64,000 nt of DNA from Candidatus Cloacimonadales bacterium (GCA_963662655.2 CAXXTU010000002.1:576001-640000), one strand, 5' to 3'; shown: positions 49,701-61,325, counted from the stretch's first letter. The notes: generated from the letters alone by a model not told the origin. Numbers and translations are program-made.

Positions 49701-52700
49701 TTAAAACTCCGCCCGTATCTCGAGCGTCATCTCGTGGCTGGTTTCCTGATCCGGGTAAGCATCGCCGGAATACTGGAAACTTGCGCTGGTAAACTGGTTG
49801 ACCTTGTAGGAGAGATTTACGCTCCACTCGAACAAATCGCCTTCCCGCTTCTCGGCAAGGTAGTTCAGATAATCCGAACCGCTACGCTCGTTGTGCTTAT
49901 AGGCGAATCGGGAGAAAATCCTGTACTTCGTCAGCAGATAGAGCGTCAGGTTCTCCGAAAGCCCCAGGCTGCGGATGGCGTAATCCTTCTTGTTGATGCG
50001 CTGTACGCCGTCCTCCGCGGCGTAACTCAGATCCGTATTGAGCAGCAAGCTCTTCGTGGCTCTTGTGACGACGGTGAATGTGTAGGTGTTCGTCTCGATT
50101 TCGGATTCATAGTAGGAATCCTCCTCCACGGTGTTTTCCCAGGAGAGCTCGAGATCATTGTTCTGCAGTTTCTTGTAGTTCGCAGAAAAGAACCACGTCT
50201 CGTCCGAGTAATCCGTTGGCTCCTGGTAACGGTTGTCCAGATTCTGATCTTTGCTGTATTGCCCCTTCAGCAGCAGCGTCTTGGTTATAAGGTCGTACCA
50301 TAGCGTTTGCTGGAAGGAGTTGCTACCGTAAATGGTGTAATTACTGTCCATCATGCGGTCGGAGGAGAGGAGGTACACCTTCCACTTGTCGTTGGAACGA
50401 GAGTTCTCCGTAATGGCCACGTATGTCTCGGACTGGAGCTTGCTCAGGAACGGGTGCGTAGGGAAGAGCAGCTTGGGATTCAAGAAGAGCGAGGCATCGG
50501 TGTTGACCTCGATGGAAAGCTCCGGTTCGCCGGAAGTGATGTAAAACCAGTCGTAATCTCCCTCTTCTACGTATACACCGGTGCTGTCGTAGTCGCCGAT
50601 GCCTTCACCGACGAATTGTAGCTCGCGGACTTTCGGGTAGAATTCGAGGTTGCTCAGGGAGTAGTTCAAACTGATCGATACCGCGTCGTCGAGGAAGTTG
50701 TTCACGCTGCTGAGTTCCGCGATATCGTACTGGTCGTCGTCGTCTTGTTTCTCGACGATGCGATGCAGATAACGCAGCTTCATGCGGTGGTTGCTGTAGT
50801 TCATCAGGTAATCGAGCTCCCAAGTCTCCGTATTTTGCTGAAAATCGCTGCTGACGATCTCGTAGCGGTCGTTCGTGTAGGAAACCTCGGTAGCCACGAC
50901 CTTCGTTTCCCAGGTTCCGGCAAAGAGCTTCCAGGTCAGGTTGGTGTCCTCGTAGTCGGATTCGTTGCGGTACTGCTCGATGAACCGGTTGCGATAGTAA
51001 TCGCCACCCAGCCGGTAGTTCCGGTACGTGTAGTGCGATGTGAGGTTGATACGGTCGATGGAAGCCGCCCTCTGCTCAGAGTCGGGATCGGTGTAGTCCT
51101 GGCTGGATTCCTGGTATCGCATGAAAACATACGGAACAAAGCTGAACTGATTGAGCGTCCCGGTGTAAACGGTTCTCTTGAAGGCTGCGAAATCCTTGTA
51201 TTCTTTTTCGGTGTAGGTGATCGAAGGCGTAAACAGCTCGAAGAGCCGCATGCTGTAGTTGCCGAAGATCTCCTGCCTGCTTACGGAATCGTTCCGGGTG
51301 AATTCGTAGGTATCGTAGCTCGATGCTGGATCGTCGATTTCCGCGAAGGGTGCGAGGCCCTTTTTGAAATGGCGATAGTAGCCTGTCAATTGCGGTTCGA
51401 ACCGGTCGAAGCGCGGCGCGAGCTCGAATCCCGTATGGGTTGCCCAGGAGTCGTTGTCGCTGTCGTCTTTGGACGACCATGTGTTCTTATCCAGCGATGT
51501 AACAAGCGCTTCGGTGTCGATTTTCAGATAATCGCCCTTCCAGCCGGCGGAGAAATCGTAATTGATCAGTCGTTCGGGAGATGGGAGTTCCCGCACCGGT
51601 TCGTAGCGCCCCATGCCTTCGCCGACGTAGTAGTAGATGGACGGCGTCTGCTGCTCGTATGAACCGTTTCCCGCTCCTACGTATGAAAACGAGAGCGCGT
51701 AGGTTCCGGTGGAGTCATACCCGACATACTCGTAGTAGGATTCATCGCCTTCGGTGACGAGGATGTAGCTACCGTCACCGGCTTCCACCTCGTAGATACC
51801 GTTTCCCCAGGCGATTTCGTCGCCTGCCGCCTTGAGAATCGCCTTGTCCTCGTCGCTGAAGGTTTCCTGAAGCGGGTTGTTGCGGTCGTCGTTCGAGACG
51901 ATGGCGTGGGCATCGAAGTAGAACCGGCCGAAGGGCTTCGTCTGCGCGGACGCCATGTAAAGATTTTTGCGGTAGTCCTCGTCTGAGTACTGAAACACAA
52001 CCATGATGAAACTATCTTCGTCGATAAAGTGATCGTTGGTGAAGGTGATGGTGCCCTCTTCATAATCGATGGTGTAATCGCTACCGCGCTGCATGGCAAC
52101 GCCGTTGAGGTATACCGTTTCCGATCCCGCAACAACCAGCAGGGTGAATCCGTCCAGGTTCAGGTAATAAGGCCCTTGCTTGGCCTGTTCGCCGTTGAAT
52201 TCCACCGTTTGCGTTTTTGCCCGTGAGACTGCCAGCGCGCCACGGAACGTGTTTTCTCCGTACCAGCCGGCACGCAAGCCCTCGAACTGTAGATCGACGT
52301 TCATGAACTGCGTGCCCTCGATGGGGTAGTCCAGGTCGCCGAAAGCGACCTCATAGTGGTTTCCATACAGCTTGATGAACACCTGATCGAGGTTGCTGAT
52401 CTCCCGTGAATCGCCCTCCGGCGTTATGGGGGACTGGCTGTCCGAGAGTTGAGCCTGTACCTTGATGCCCGGGGAGAGTTCGCCGTCCATTTTCACGAAG
52501 AGCGATTGATCGATGCTGACATCGTCCTGGTTGCCGACCGTCAGCGAAATGGTTTTGCTACCGGTAATCGTGAGGTCGGTTCGGCCTGTCAGGTCCCACT
52601 GTTTGCGCCTACTCATCTTCGGTGCGGAGGTGGAGTCGGAAGAGGCCATGCGGTAGAAGTAGTACCGCTCGCGAAGGTTCTCCGGGTAGATCCTATACGA

Positions 52701-52997
52701 AAGCGTTATATACTGAACACCCTGAGGGATCGTGGCAATGTGCAGGATGCCGTTCTGATAATCGACACGATAGTCGCGTCCTCGCACAAACAAGAAGCTC
52801 GCCGCATCGTCGGGATTCATGACGGAAAGGGTATCGGTGTTCACGATGATATTGCGGTGTTTGAGGGGAATCTCCGTGCCTTTTCGCGTGAGATCGAACG
52901 TCTCCTCGCGCTGAATGGGGGAGAAGTAATTATATGCAAAGGCGTGGCTTGCCAGGAAGACCAGTAGAAGGAATAGACTCGCCTTACTCCGATTCAT
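49701..52997 (-). CDS. Very large outer-membrane beta-barrel protein
   Basis: Start MNRSK with signal peptide; GSETVYLNG...RGSDYTIDY..G.I.F motif; Tyr-rich strands; terminal IRAEF. Confidence 0.75.
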   Translation of the reverse strand: MNRSKASLFLLLVFLASHAFAYNYFSPIQREETFDLTRKGTEIPLKHRNIIVNTDTLSVMNPDDAASFLFVRGRDYRVDYQNGILHIATIPQGVQYITLSYRIYPENLRERYYFYRMASSDSTSAPKMSRRKQWDLTGRTDLTITGSKTISLTVGNQDDVSIDQSLFVKMDGELSPGIKVQAQLSDSQSPITPEGDSREISNLDQVFIKLYGNHYEVAFGDLDYPIEGTQFMNVDLQFEGLRAGWYGENTFRGALAVSRAKTQTVEFNGEQAKQGPYYLNLDGFTLLVVAGSETVYLNGVAMQRGSDYTIDYEEGTITFTNDHFIDEDSFIMVVFQYSDEDYRKNLYMASAQTKPFGRFYFDAHAIVSNDDRNNPLQETFSDEDKAILKAAGDEIAWGNGIYEVEAGDGSYILVTEGDESYYEYVGYDSTGTYALSFSYVGAGNGSYEQQTPSIYYYVGEGMGRYEPVRELPSPERLINYDFSAGWKGDYLKIDTEALVTSLDKNTWSSKDDSDNDSWATHTGFELAPRFDRFEPQLTGYYRHFKKGLAPFAEIDDPASSYDTYEFTRNDSVSRQEIFGNYSMRLFELFTPSITYTEKEYKDFAAFKRTVYTGTLNQFSFVPYVFMRYQESSQDYTDPDSEQRAASIDRINLTSHYTYRNYRLGGDYYRNRFIEQYRNESDYEDTNLTWKLFAGTWETKVVATEVSYTNDRYEIVSSDFQQNTETWELDYLMNYSNHRMKLRYLHRIVEKQDDDDQYDIAELSSVNNFLDDAVSISLNYSLSNLEFYPKVRELQFVGEGIGDYDSTGVYVEEGDYDWFYITSGEPELSIEVNTDASLFLNPKLLFPTHPFLSKLQSETYVAITENSRSNDKWKVYLLSSDRMMDSNYTIYGSNSFQQTLWYDLITKTLLLKGQYSKDQNLDNRYQEPTDYSDETWFFSANYKKLQNNDLELSWENTVEEDSYYESEIETNTYTFTVVTRATKSLLLNTDLSYAAEDGVQRINKKDYAIRSLGLSENLTLYLLTKYRIFSRFAYKHNERSGSDYLNYLAEKREGDLFEWSVNLSYKVNQFTSASFQYSGDAYPDQETSHEMTLEIRAEF

Positions 52998-53442
52998 GCA
53001 ATGCTTGATTGAGATGAATCGAATCGATCCAGGATTGATTGCCTTCCAGCGTAACCTTGCGATGTTGATTGCAATATTCGAATCGAAGCTTGAGGGTGTT
53101 TTCCGGAAGAACGGACTCTGCAAGTTGCGGCCATTCGATGATGACGATCTTCCGCCCGAAGATTTCGTGCAGGCCGAGCTCCCACACCTCTTCCTCGCTT
53201 TCCAGGCGATACAGATCGATGTGGACGATGTCTTCGCCGTACTCGTGCATGATCACGTAGCTGGGGCTGCTGACGATGTCCCTGCTGTCCAGCGCTGCGC
53301 AAAAGGCGCGCGTGAAGAAGGTCTTGCCGGCTCCCAGGGGCCCGGACAATGCCAGTGTATCGCCTTTCCGAACGTTCATGGCGATATGTTTCGCAAAAGC
53401 GTTTGATTGATCTTGATCAAGCAGTTCGATTTCTTTTATCAC
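52984..53442 (-). CDS. tsaE: t6A biosynthesis ATPase TsaE
   Basis: LSGPLGAGKT, VSSPSY, HIDLYRL, IIEWP. Confidence 0.95.
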   Translation of the reverse strand: MIKEIELLDQDQSNAFAKHIAMNVRKGDTLALSGPLGAGKTFFTRAFCAALDSRDIVSSPSYVIMHEYGEDIVHIDLYRLESEEEVWELGLHEIFGRKIVIIEWPQLAESVLPENTLKLRFEYCNQHRKVTLEGNQSWIDSIHLNQALHESE

Positions 53443-53567
53443 GTTAACTCCAAATAAATAACACCTGAATCACGAATTGTTTCAATCATCGGGATTGTCA
53501 ATAGATATGTAATGCCCTATCCTTTGATTGGTAGAGCATTTAGTCGTGAAAACTTATTTAATGTAAA

Positions 53568-53942
53568 CTATTTGAGTTTCTCGAGTTCGGCTTCAAAATC
53601 CTCCAGCGCTTTGCGAACCCCTTCGTCATCCTTGTACTGGGTCGCGGTCAGTGCAATGACTTCGATGCTTTTGAAGAGTGTCTCGAAGGCGTCGGCCAGC
53701 TCTTGTTTCTGCGCGTCGTCAGTCAGGGAAAGCTGGGCGTTGGCTTCGAAAACGATGATGATTTCCTTCTTCAATTCAGCGAGAATCTCTGTGAAATCTT
53801 CGGGTTGCTGAACTGCTTTCGCCTGGATGGCAAGCTCTTTCACGCGGTTTGCGGCTTGAACAATGCTTTCTTCGGGAGTTTGTTCGGCCGAGATGGCGAT
53901 CGCCAATATCACAAGGATCGTCAGTGCGAGTATCTTTTTCAT
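53568..53942 (-). CDS. Hypothetical exported helical protein, paralog of 53968..54393
   Basis: Signal peptide; helical; QYKDDEGVRKALE resembles KYQNHPEVKASIE. Confidence 0.7.
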   Translation of the reverse strand: MKKILALTILVILAIAISAEQTPEESIVQAANRVKELAIQAKAVQQPEDFTEILAELKKEIIIVFEANAQLSLTDDAQKQELADAFETLFKSIEVIALTATQYKDDEGVRKALEDFEAELEKLK

Positions 53943-53967
53943 ATTCCGTGATCTCCTGTTCTAAAAT

Positions 53968-54393
53968 CTATTCTTCGATGTGTGGGGTTGATTCCTGCAT
54001 GATTTCATCGAGCTTCTTCATCTGTTTCATGTATTTCTCGATGGACGCCTTGACCTCTGGGTGATTCTGGTATTTTTTTACAGCTTTTTGCACTTCGATC
54101 ATGCTGCTTTGCATGTTTTTGGCAAAGTTCCTCATCGTGGCATCGAGTGAATCCGGGATGGTCTGGGTCTCTGCGATCTCTTTCTGTAAATCCATCGTTG
54201 CATAAGCGTATGTGGACATTAGGGATGTCAGGTCGTCGAGCAGACGCACAACTTGATCGACAGTGGTTGCTTTTTGTGCGTTCGTAGCAATCGCCTGAAG
54301 TTGTGTATCGACATCCTGCATTACCTCCATCGGCGGTTTTGCGTATAGGAGTGTGCATGACATAATCGCCATGAGAATAATAAACTTCTTCAT
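53968..54393 (-). CDS. Hypothetical exported helical protein
   Basis: Signal peptide; GAGG RBS. Confidence 0.7.
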   Translation of the reverse strand: MKKFIILMAIMSCTLLYAKPPMEVMQDVDTQLQAIATNAQKATTVDQVVRLLDDLTSLMSTYAYATMDLQKEIAETQTIPDSLDATMRNFAKNMQSSMIEVQKAVKKYQNHPEVKASIEKYMKQMKKLDEIMQESTPHIEE

Positions 54394-54561
54394 GAATACC
54401 TCTTAAACATTGTGTCTCCAGATGGGCAATAAAACCTGATTTCCTAATTATCTGGAGACCATCCGGCTAATATCCGAACCGGAAAAACATTTGTCCACTT
54501 TTTTCCATGGAAAAAATCGGACAGGCACATGGGGAGGGTTGGGTGTTTCAGACGAAAGGGA

Positions 54562-57500
54562 TTATGAGATGTCTTTATCGAGCAGTTTTCGTATCAGACG
54601 GGCTATGTCGGGAAGCATGAATGGCTTGTGGATGATGGTCGATACATGCTGCAGGTTGTCGAGGTCATCTGTTTGATTGTAGCCAGTGCAGAGGATGATC
54701 GGCAGGGAAGGCTCGATGCGATGGATCTCCGCAGCGAGCTCGTCTCCGTGCAGTTCGGGCATGGTGAGGTCCGTGATCAGAATATCGTATCTCTGCGGGT
54801 GATCTTTATATGATTCAAGCGCTTTTGTGCTGCTCGAATGCACTTCGACGCGATAGCCGAGTTTTTCGAGTGAAACCTTGACCACTTCGCCGATCATCAC
54901 TTCGTCGTCCACGAAGAGGATTTGCTCGTTTCCTCTGGGAATGACATGCGCGTCATCTTCGATCGAGGTCTCTACTGGCTCAATCAGTGGCAGGTATATC
55001 TCGAATTTCGTACCCAAGCCAAGCTGGCTTTCCACGGTGATCTCTCCGAAGTGTTCATGGATAATGCCGTAGACAATGGATAGTCCAAGGCCCGATTTCC
55101 CATGTTCGCGTCTTGTTGTGTAGAAGGGATCGAAGATTTTGGGGAGGTTTTCCGCGGAGATACCGCTTCCGTTATCGACGATTTCGAGAAGGAGGTAGTT
55201 ACCTTCGTTCAGGGAGTGCCGGAGGCTGTGCCGCTCATCGACCATTTCTTCGTAAACGCTGATCCTGATGGTACCGCTTGTCCCGAAAAGAGCCTGGCTC
55301 GCATTGGTGCACAGGTTCATCAGAACCTGATTCATCTGCATGGGATCTGCCATGATGGTGTCGTTATTCGTCTTGAAATCGACTTTGATGTTAATCGTTA
55401 TCGGCAGGGTGCTCCGAAGCAGGTCAACCGTACTTGTTACAACCGATTTCATTCTGATCGGCTTTCGCTCGGGTTGCGAATGCTTGCTGAACGCGAGGAT
55501 GTGGGCCACCAGCTTGCGAGCTCTCTCGGCAGCCGCCATGATCTCCTCATTGTACTCATGAACGCTCGAATCAGGTGGGAGCTCCTGAAGCGAAAGTTCC
55601 GTGAATCCCATGATTGCGCTGAGGATGTTGTTGAAATCGTGTGCGATGCCACCGGCCAGCGTTCCCACAGCGTCGATCTTCTGGGATTGAGCGATTTGCT
55701 TTTCCAGCCTTCTTTTCTCGGTGATATCCTTCACGACGAAGACGTAGTTGATAATGCGGTCGTTGATGTCTTTAAGGGGTGATATCGTCGTGTCTGCATC
55801 GTAGGTTACTCCTTCCCGGGTTTGGTTGAGAAGCATACCGGACCACGGGTTTCCCTGGTTCAACTCGCGAAGGACCATGTCTTCGATTTTAAGTAGTGAC
55901 TTATTCTCTATAACGGCGCTGTACTGGCTTCCGAAAATTTCTTCGAAGGTGTACCCGTTGAGCTTTTCGAATGCCTTGTTGACATAGATAATCTTGCCGC
56001 CGGTGTCTGTGATGAAGATTGACTCGGATACCTGCTCGATCGCTTTGAGTATTCTGTCCCGGTGTTCGTAGGCCATTTTCTCGTCGGTGATGTTCTGATT
56101 GATCCCGATGATACGAATCGCGTGGCCTTCCCGGTCGCGGTCAACGACCTTGCCCTGGCTGCGGATCCACAGGATGGATCCATCTTTCTTCAGGATGCGG
56201 TGTTCAATTTTCAGGGTGTCGTTCCCGGTTTGATTGAGCGCTTCCATCTCTTTGATTACCCGGTCGAGATCATCCGGGTGCTCTACTCTGAAGATTAAAT
56301 CAAAGGGATCGATGTCTTCATTACTGGCGTAGCCAAACATATTGTACCATTCATCGTTGAGACTGACTTTCTGAGATAACGGATAGATGTCCCACAAGCC
56401 GAGGCTAATCCCGTGGATTGCCAGATCGCACCGTTCCTTTTGTTCGCGAATAGTGTTGCTGGCATGTGTTTTAATGAAGATGATGATGGCTCCAAACACT
56501 ATGCAAACGCCGAAGAACATGCCCATAAGGACGAACCATGTCTTCAATTTCCGGTAGTCCTTCACGATGGGTTCCGGTTCTCCTATTATAATAGAGCTCC
56601 CCGGCAATTGCTTTCTATCTATCCCAAACCTTTGGAGTTGTTCATAGTAAAACATAGGGAAAAAGGTTGATTTGGAGTCGATCGGGATGGCTTCGGGCCT
56701 TTTTCCTTCCAGGATTTCCATCGCCATTTTCGCAGCGACCGATCCCTGCGCTTTGGAATTGACGATGTAGCCTCCCGTAGCGCCGTATTGCAGAAGATTG
56801 TCCCAGGCTGTGTAGATGGGGTAAGCAATGTTGTCTGCAACGAATTTCAGGTCTTTTTCCGATACCACATTTCCTTTATTGTCCAAATAGTAAGATAAAA
56901 CGAAGATTACAGTGGGTTGATCGATGGCGTTTATCGATTGTATCAATTCATAGGGTGGGGTACCGACGAATTCATGGTACTGATATTGTTGAAGGTACTG
57001 ATTGATATTCCTGCGGAAGGTCAGCAGATGTTCGTATCCTGTTCTCGTATGATCTGCGACGACGGCTATATGTCTTGTATCCGGGTGAAGGCCCAAGGCC
57101 AATCTGATGGTGCTTGCAAGGTCGTATTCTTCGAGAATTCCTGTGCATTTATTTCGTCCATCGAGCATTTCTTCCGTGAAGAAATTGATGCCGGTGAAAA
57201 CCAGTGGGATATCCGTGAAAAGCTCATTTTGATGTGAAATAACGAATTCAAGAGCGTTGTTATCGGACACAATCACGACGTCCGGTGGATTTTGAGAATA
57301 TTTCTGGTCCAGTAAGTTGAAAAGCGGGGCTTCTATATTCTTCAGGGGGTAGCGCTTGCTGTCCATGTATTCTGTGAAGATACCGAGGTCGTAGGGTGAA
57401 TCAGACAAAGAAGACATGATGCCTTGGTGAATGGATGCAGTCCATGTGAAATCGGAATGATACGAGTGCAGAATAAGAATGTTCTTTTTTAGAGGGACTT

Positions 57501-57588
57501 GTTCGGAAGCTAAACCGGATGCGACGATCAACGCCATGAAACAGAGGAGAACTCTTGCAAAAAAGGCAATATGTATCCGGTGTTGCAT
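54562..57588 (-). CDS. Hybrid sensor histidine kinase (periplasmic ABC-substrate-binding-like sensor, PAS domains, HisKA, HATPase, receiver)
   Basis: ILILHSYH..F.W, HPDD, AGGIAHDFNNIL, QVLMNLCTNA, DNGSG, GLGL, FVDDE, ITDLTMP, KPF. Confidence 0.95.
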   Translation of the reverse strand: MQHRIHIAFFARVLLCFMALIVASGLASEQVPLKKNILILHSYHSDFTWTASIHQGIMSSLSDSPYDLGIFTEYMDSKRYPLKNIEAPLFNLLDQKYSQNPPDVVIVSDNNALEFVISHQNELFTDIPLVFTGINFFTEEMLDGRNKCTGILEEYDLASTIRLALGLHPDTRHIAVVADHTRTGYEHLLTFRRNINQYLQQYQYHEFVGTPPYELIQSINAIDQPTVIFVLSYYLDNKGNVVSEKDLKFVADNIAYPIYTAWDNLLQYGATGGYIVNSKAQGSVAAKMAMEILEGKRPEAIPIDSKSTFFPMFYYEQLQRFGIDRKQLPGSSIIIGEPEPIVKDYRKLKTWFVLMGMFFGVCIVFGAIIIFIKTHASNTIREQKERCDLAIHGISLGLWDIYPLSQKVSLNDEWYNMFGYASNEDIDPFDLIFRVEHPDDLDRVIKEMEALNQTGNDTLKIEHRILKKDGSILWIRSQGKVVDRDREGHAIRIIGINQNITDEKMAYEHRDRILKAIEQVSESIFITDTGGKIIYVNKAFEKLNGYTFEEIFGSQYSAVIENKSLLKIEDMVLRELNQGNPWSGMLLNQTREGVTYDADTTISPLKDINDRIINYVFVVKDITEKRRLEKQIAQSQKIDAVGTLAGGIAHDFNNILSAIMGFTELSLQELPPDSSVHEYNEEIMAAAERARKLVAHILAFSKHSQPERKPIRMKSVVTSTVDLLRSTLPITINIKVDFKTNNDTIMADPMQMNQVLMNLCTNASQALFGTSGTIRISVYEEMVDERHSLRHSLNEGNYLLLEIVDNGSGISAENLPKIFDPFYTTRREHGKSGLGLSIVYGIIHEHFGEITVESQLGLGTKFEIYLPLIEPVETSIEDDAHVIPRGNEQILFVDDEVMIGEVVKVSLEKLGYRVEVHSSSTKALESYKDHPQRYDILITDLTMPELHGDELAAEIHRIEPSLPIILCTGYNQTDDLDNLQHVSTIIHKPFMLPDIARLIRKLLDKDIS

Positions 57589-57755
57589 CCAGACCCCTAC
57601 TACTTAGGATGTAATAATTACTTTATGTATTCAACTTCCTTCATGTGAGCTTCTTATTTACAATATACTGGTACTCGGTAAAATGTGACAAATTCTTTTT
57701 GGATTATTCTTTCGCATAGAGTACATGGTATGATTCTTTCACAAGCTGGTATACC

Positions 57756-57883
57756 GGCGTGGCATCTTCGCCCGATTCCCCTTTTCAACGTGGATATACC
57801 GCGCCTTCGAGACTACCGGACACGAGATAAAAAGGCGCGAAACACCACGTTGAAAAGGTGGATCGAACCAATCTGCTGCCGCC
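57756..57883 (-). repeat. Dispersed rod-shaped palindromic element, copy C
   Basis: GGCG..CTTCGCCCGATT-11nt-CGTGGATATA-CGCGCCTT..AAGGCGCG-AACACCACG-11nt-GATCGAACCAA..CGCC. Confidence 0.85.
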
Positions 57884-57921
57884 TCGTGCGAGGGCCTGGT
57901 GCGTGGTGGCTTTTTCATGAA

Positions 57922-59928
<2,007 letters not shown>

Positions 59929-61137
59929 TTATTCTTCGGGTCTCTCGATCTTGCCGACAAACAGGAGTGCACCGGTCGTGTTGTGACGGATAACGAAAAG
60001 GAATGGGTGATCCGCGACGAATTCGGGTACGGGCTGCGGCATGGCAGATTTCATTCTCATCTCGACAACAGTTGCTGCGGCAGCTTCGGTGCCGGCTTCG
60101 TTGACTTCGATGAACGCCTTGTGCACAACTCGATCGATATAAAGCATACCTTCGGGTTCGATTTCGCTGAAATCCGCCCGTTCGTCGAAAGCGCTTTCCA
60201 TCCCAAGCGCGATCAGCGCGCCGTTGAGGTTGGACAACGTTTCAAACTTGAATCGAGGTATGAACACGTTTGTTTTACGGGCTGGATCGATTTTTTTCAC
60301 CGGAAGCCACTGGCGCAGATTAGAGATGTTAGCTTCAAGCTTGGAAAGGCCATCCTGCTCGCGTGGAAGGATGATGATCATGGAGACGTCCTCACCGAGG
60401 TACTCGATCTCCAGCGCGGTCATCAGCTCGTCGCTACGCGTGCGGAAGCGTTCCTCGATGTTCATGAACGGCGTCGTGTATTCGCTCGCGTTGATCGGAT
60501 AGAAAGAAGCGTCGCGGGTTTTGCTTTTGTCGAACTCATGGAGCCAGTGACCGTAGAAATAGACGGCGTTACCCAGCACCATAACGGTTTCGGGCGTTAT
60601 CGATCCATCTGCGAGGATGTCTTTGATCTTGTCGTTGGTCTGCTCGGCGATCCAGTCATTGATAGCTTTGCGCGATTTCTTGGGATTCTTCGAAAAATCC
60701 AGCGTGTAGAGTCCCGCATTGTAATACCGGCGGTTGTTATCGATGAAGCGCTGTCGAAGGCGGAAGCCTTTCTCCACCCAGATAGCGTTCGCCGTGTTGA
60801 GCGAGACGTTGCCGAATTTCCCCACCGAGTTAAGCGATTGTATCACCGTGCTGAAATCGCTGTTATAGTTCTCCCCGCTGCAGTGGAGTACGCTTTGCAT
60901 CTCCTCTTTCGTTGTGCCCATTGCACCGAGCGATGTCATGGAGAGCACGCTGGAGATGCTGTAGGGCGAGAAGAGGAGATTGGTCCCCGGCGTCGATAAC
61001 TCACCGAAGATATCGGCACAGAAGGCATCCGTGCTGTCCGCCCACTGACTTAGCTGCTGTGGAGCCTGTGCTGTGGCTTTGATGGGCATAAGCGCTATGA
61101 TCGCGATGAGGATAAAAATGGAGGTAACTTTTTTCAT
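59929..61137 (-). CDS. Secreted serpin
   Basis: NLLFSPYSI, INDWI...T..KI, NAVYFYG.W...F, VNEAGTEAAAAT hinge, FVADHPFLFVIR. Confidence 0.95.
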   Translation of the reverse strand: MKKVTSIFILIAIIALMPIKATAQAPQQLSQWADSTDAFCADIFGELSTPGTNLLFSPYSISSVLSMTSLGAMGTTKEEMQSVLHCSGENYNSDFSTVIQSLNSVGKFGNVSLNTANAIWVEKGFRLRQRFIDNNRRYYNAGLYTLDFSKNPKKSRKAINDWIAEQTNDKIKDILADGSITPETVMVLGNAVYFYGHWLHEFDKSKTRDASFYPINASEYTTPFMNIEERFRTRSDELMTALEIEYLGEDVSMIIILPREQDGLSKLEANISNLRQWLPVKKIDPARKTNVFIPRFKFETLSNLNGALIALGMESAFDERADFSEIEPEGMLYIDRVVHKAFIEVNEAGTEAAAATVVEMRMKSAMPQPVPEFVADHPFLFVIRHNTTGALLFVGKIERPEE

Positions 61138-61182
61138 AATTTCATCTCCTGTAAAATGTTCAAACTACTACAATTGGTTATT

Positions 61183-61299
61183 CCCGGAGTCAGATTGGTT
61201 CGAACCCGTCCCGGAAATGTATTCAGTCACAGCGATAGCTGTGGCAATATACATTGGAGGGTGAGCGGAGCTCAAGGGATCGGGCCAATGTGGCCCGGG
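61183..61299 (+). repeat. Diverged, inverted copy D of the rod-shaped element
   Basis: CCCGG..CAGATTGGTTCGAAC-11nt-ATGTA[hairpin]TACAT..GATCGGGCCAA..CCGGG; the outer box matches the reverse complement of copies A-C with a compensatory change. Confidence 0.6.
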
Positions 61300-61325
61300 G
61301 TGCCTTCGTTGAGCTGCTCGTTTCC

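Noticed and set aside
61190..61215. tRNA suggested by GGTTCGAACCC
   Set aside because: No T-stem pairing or cloverleaf; better explained as the outer box of element copy D.
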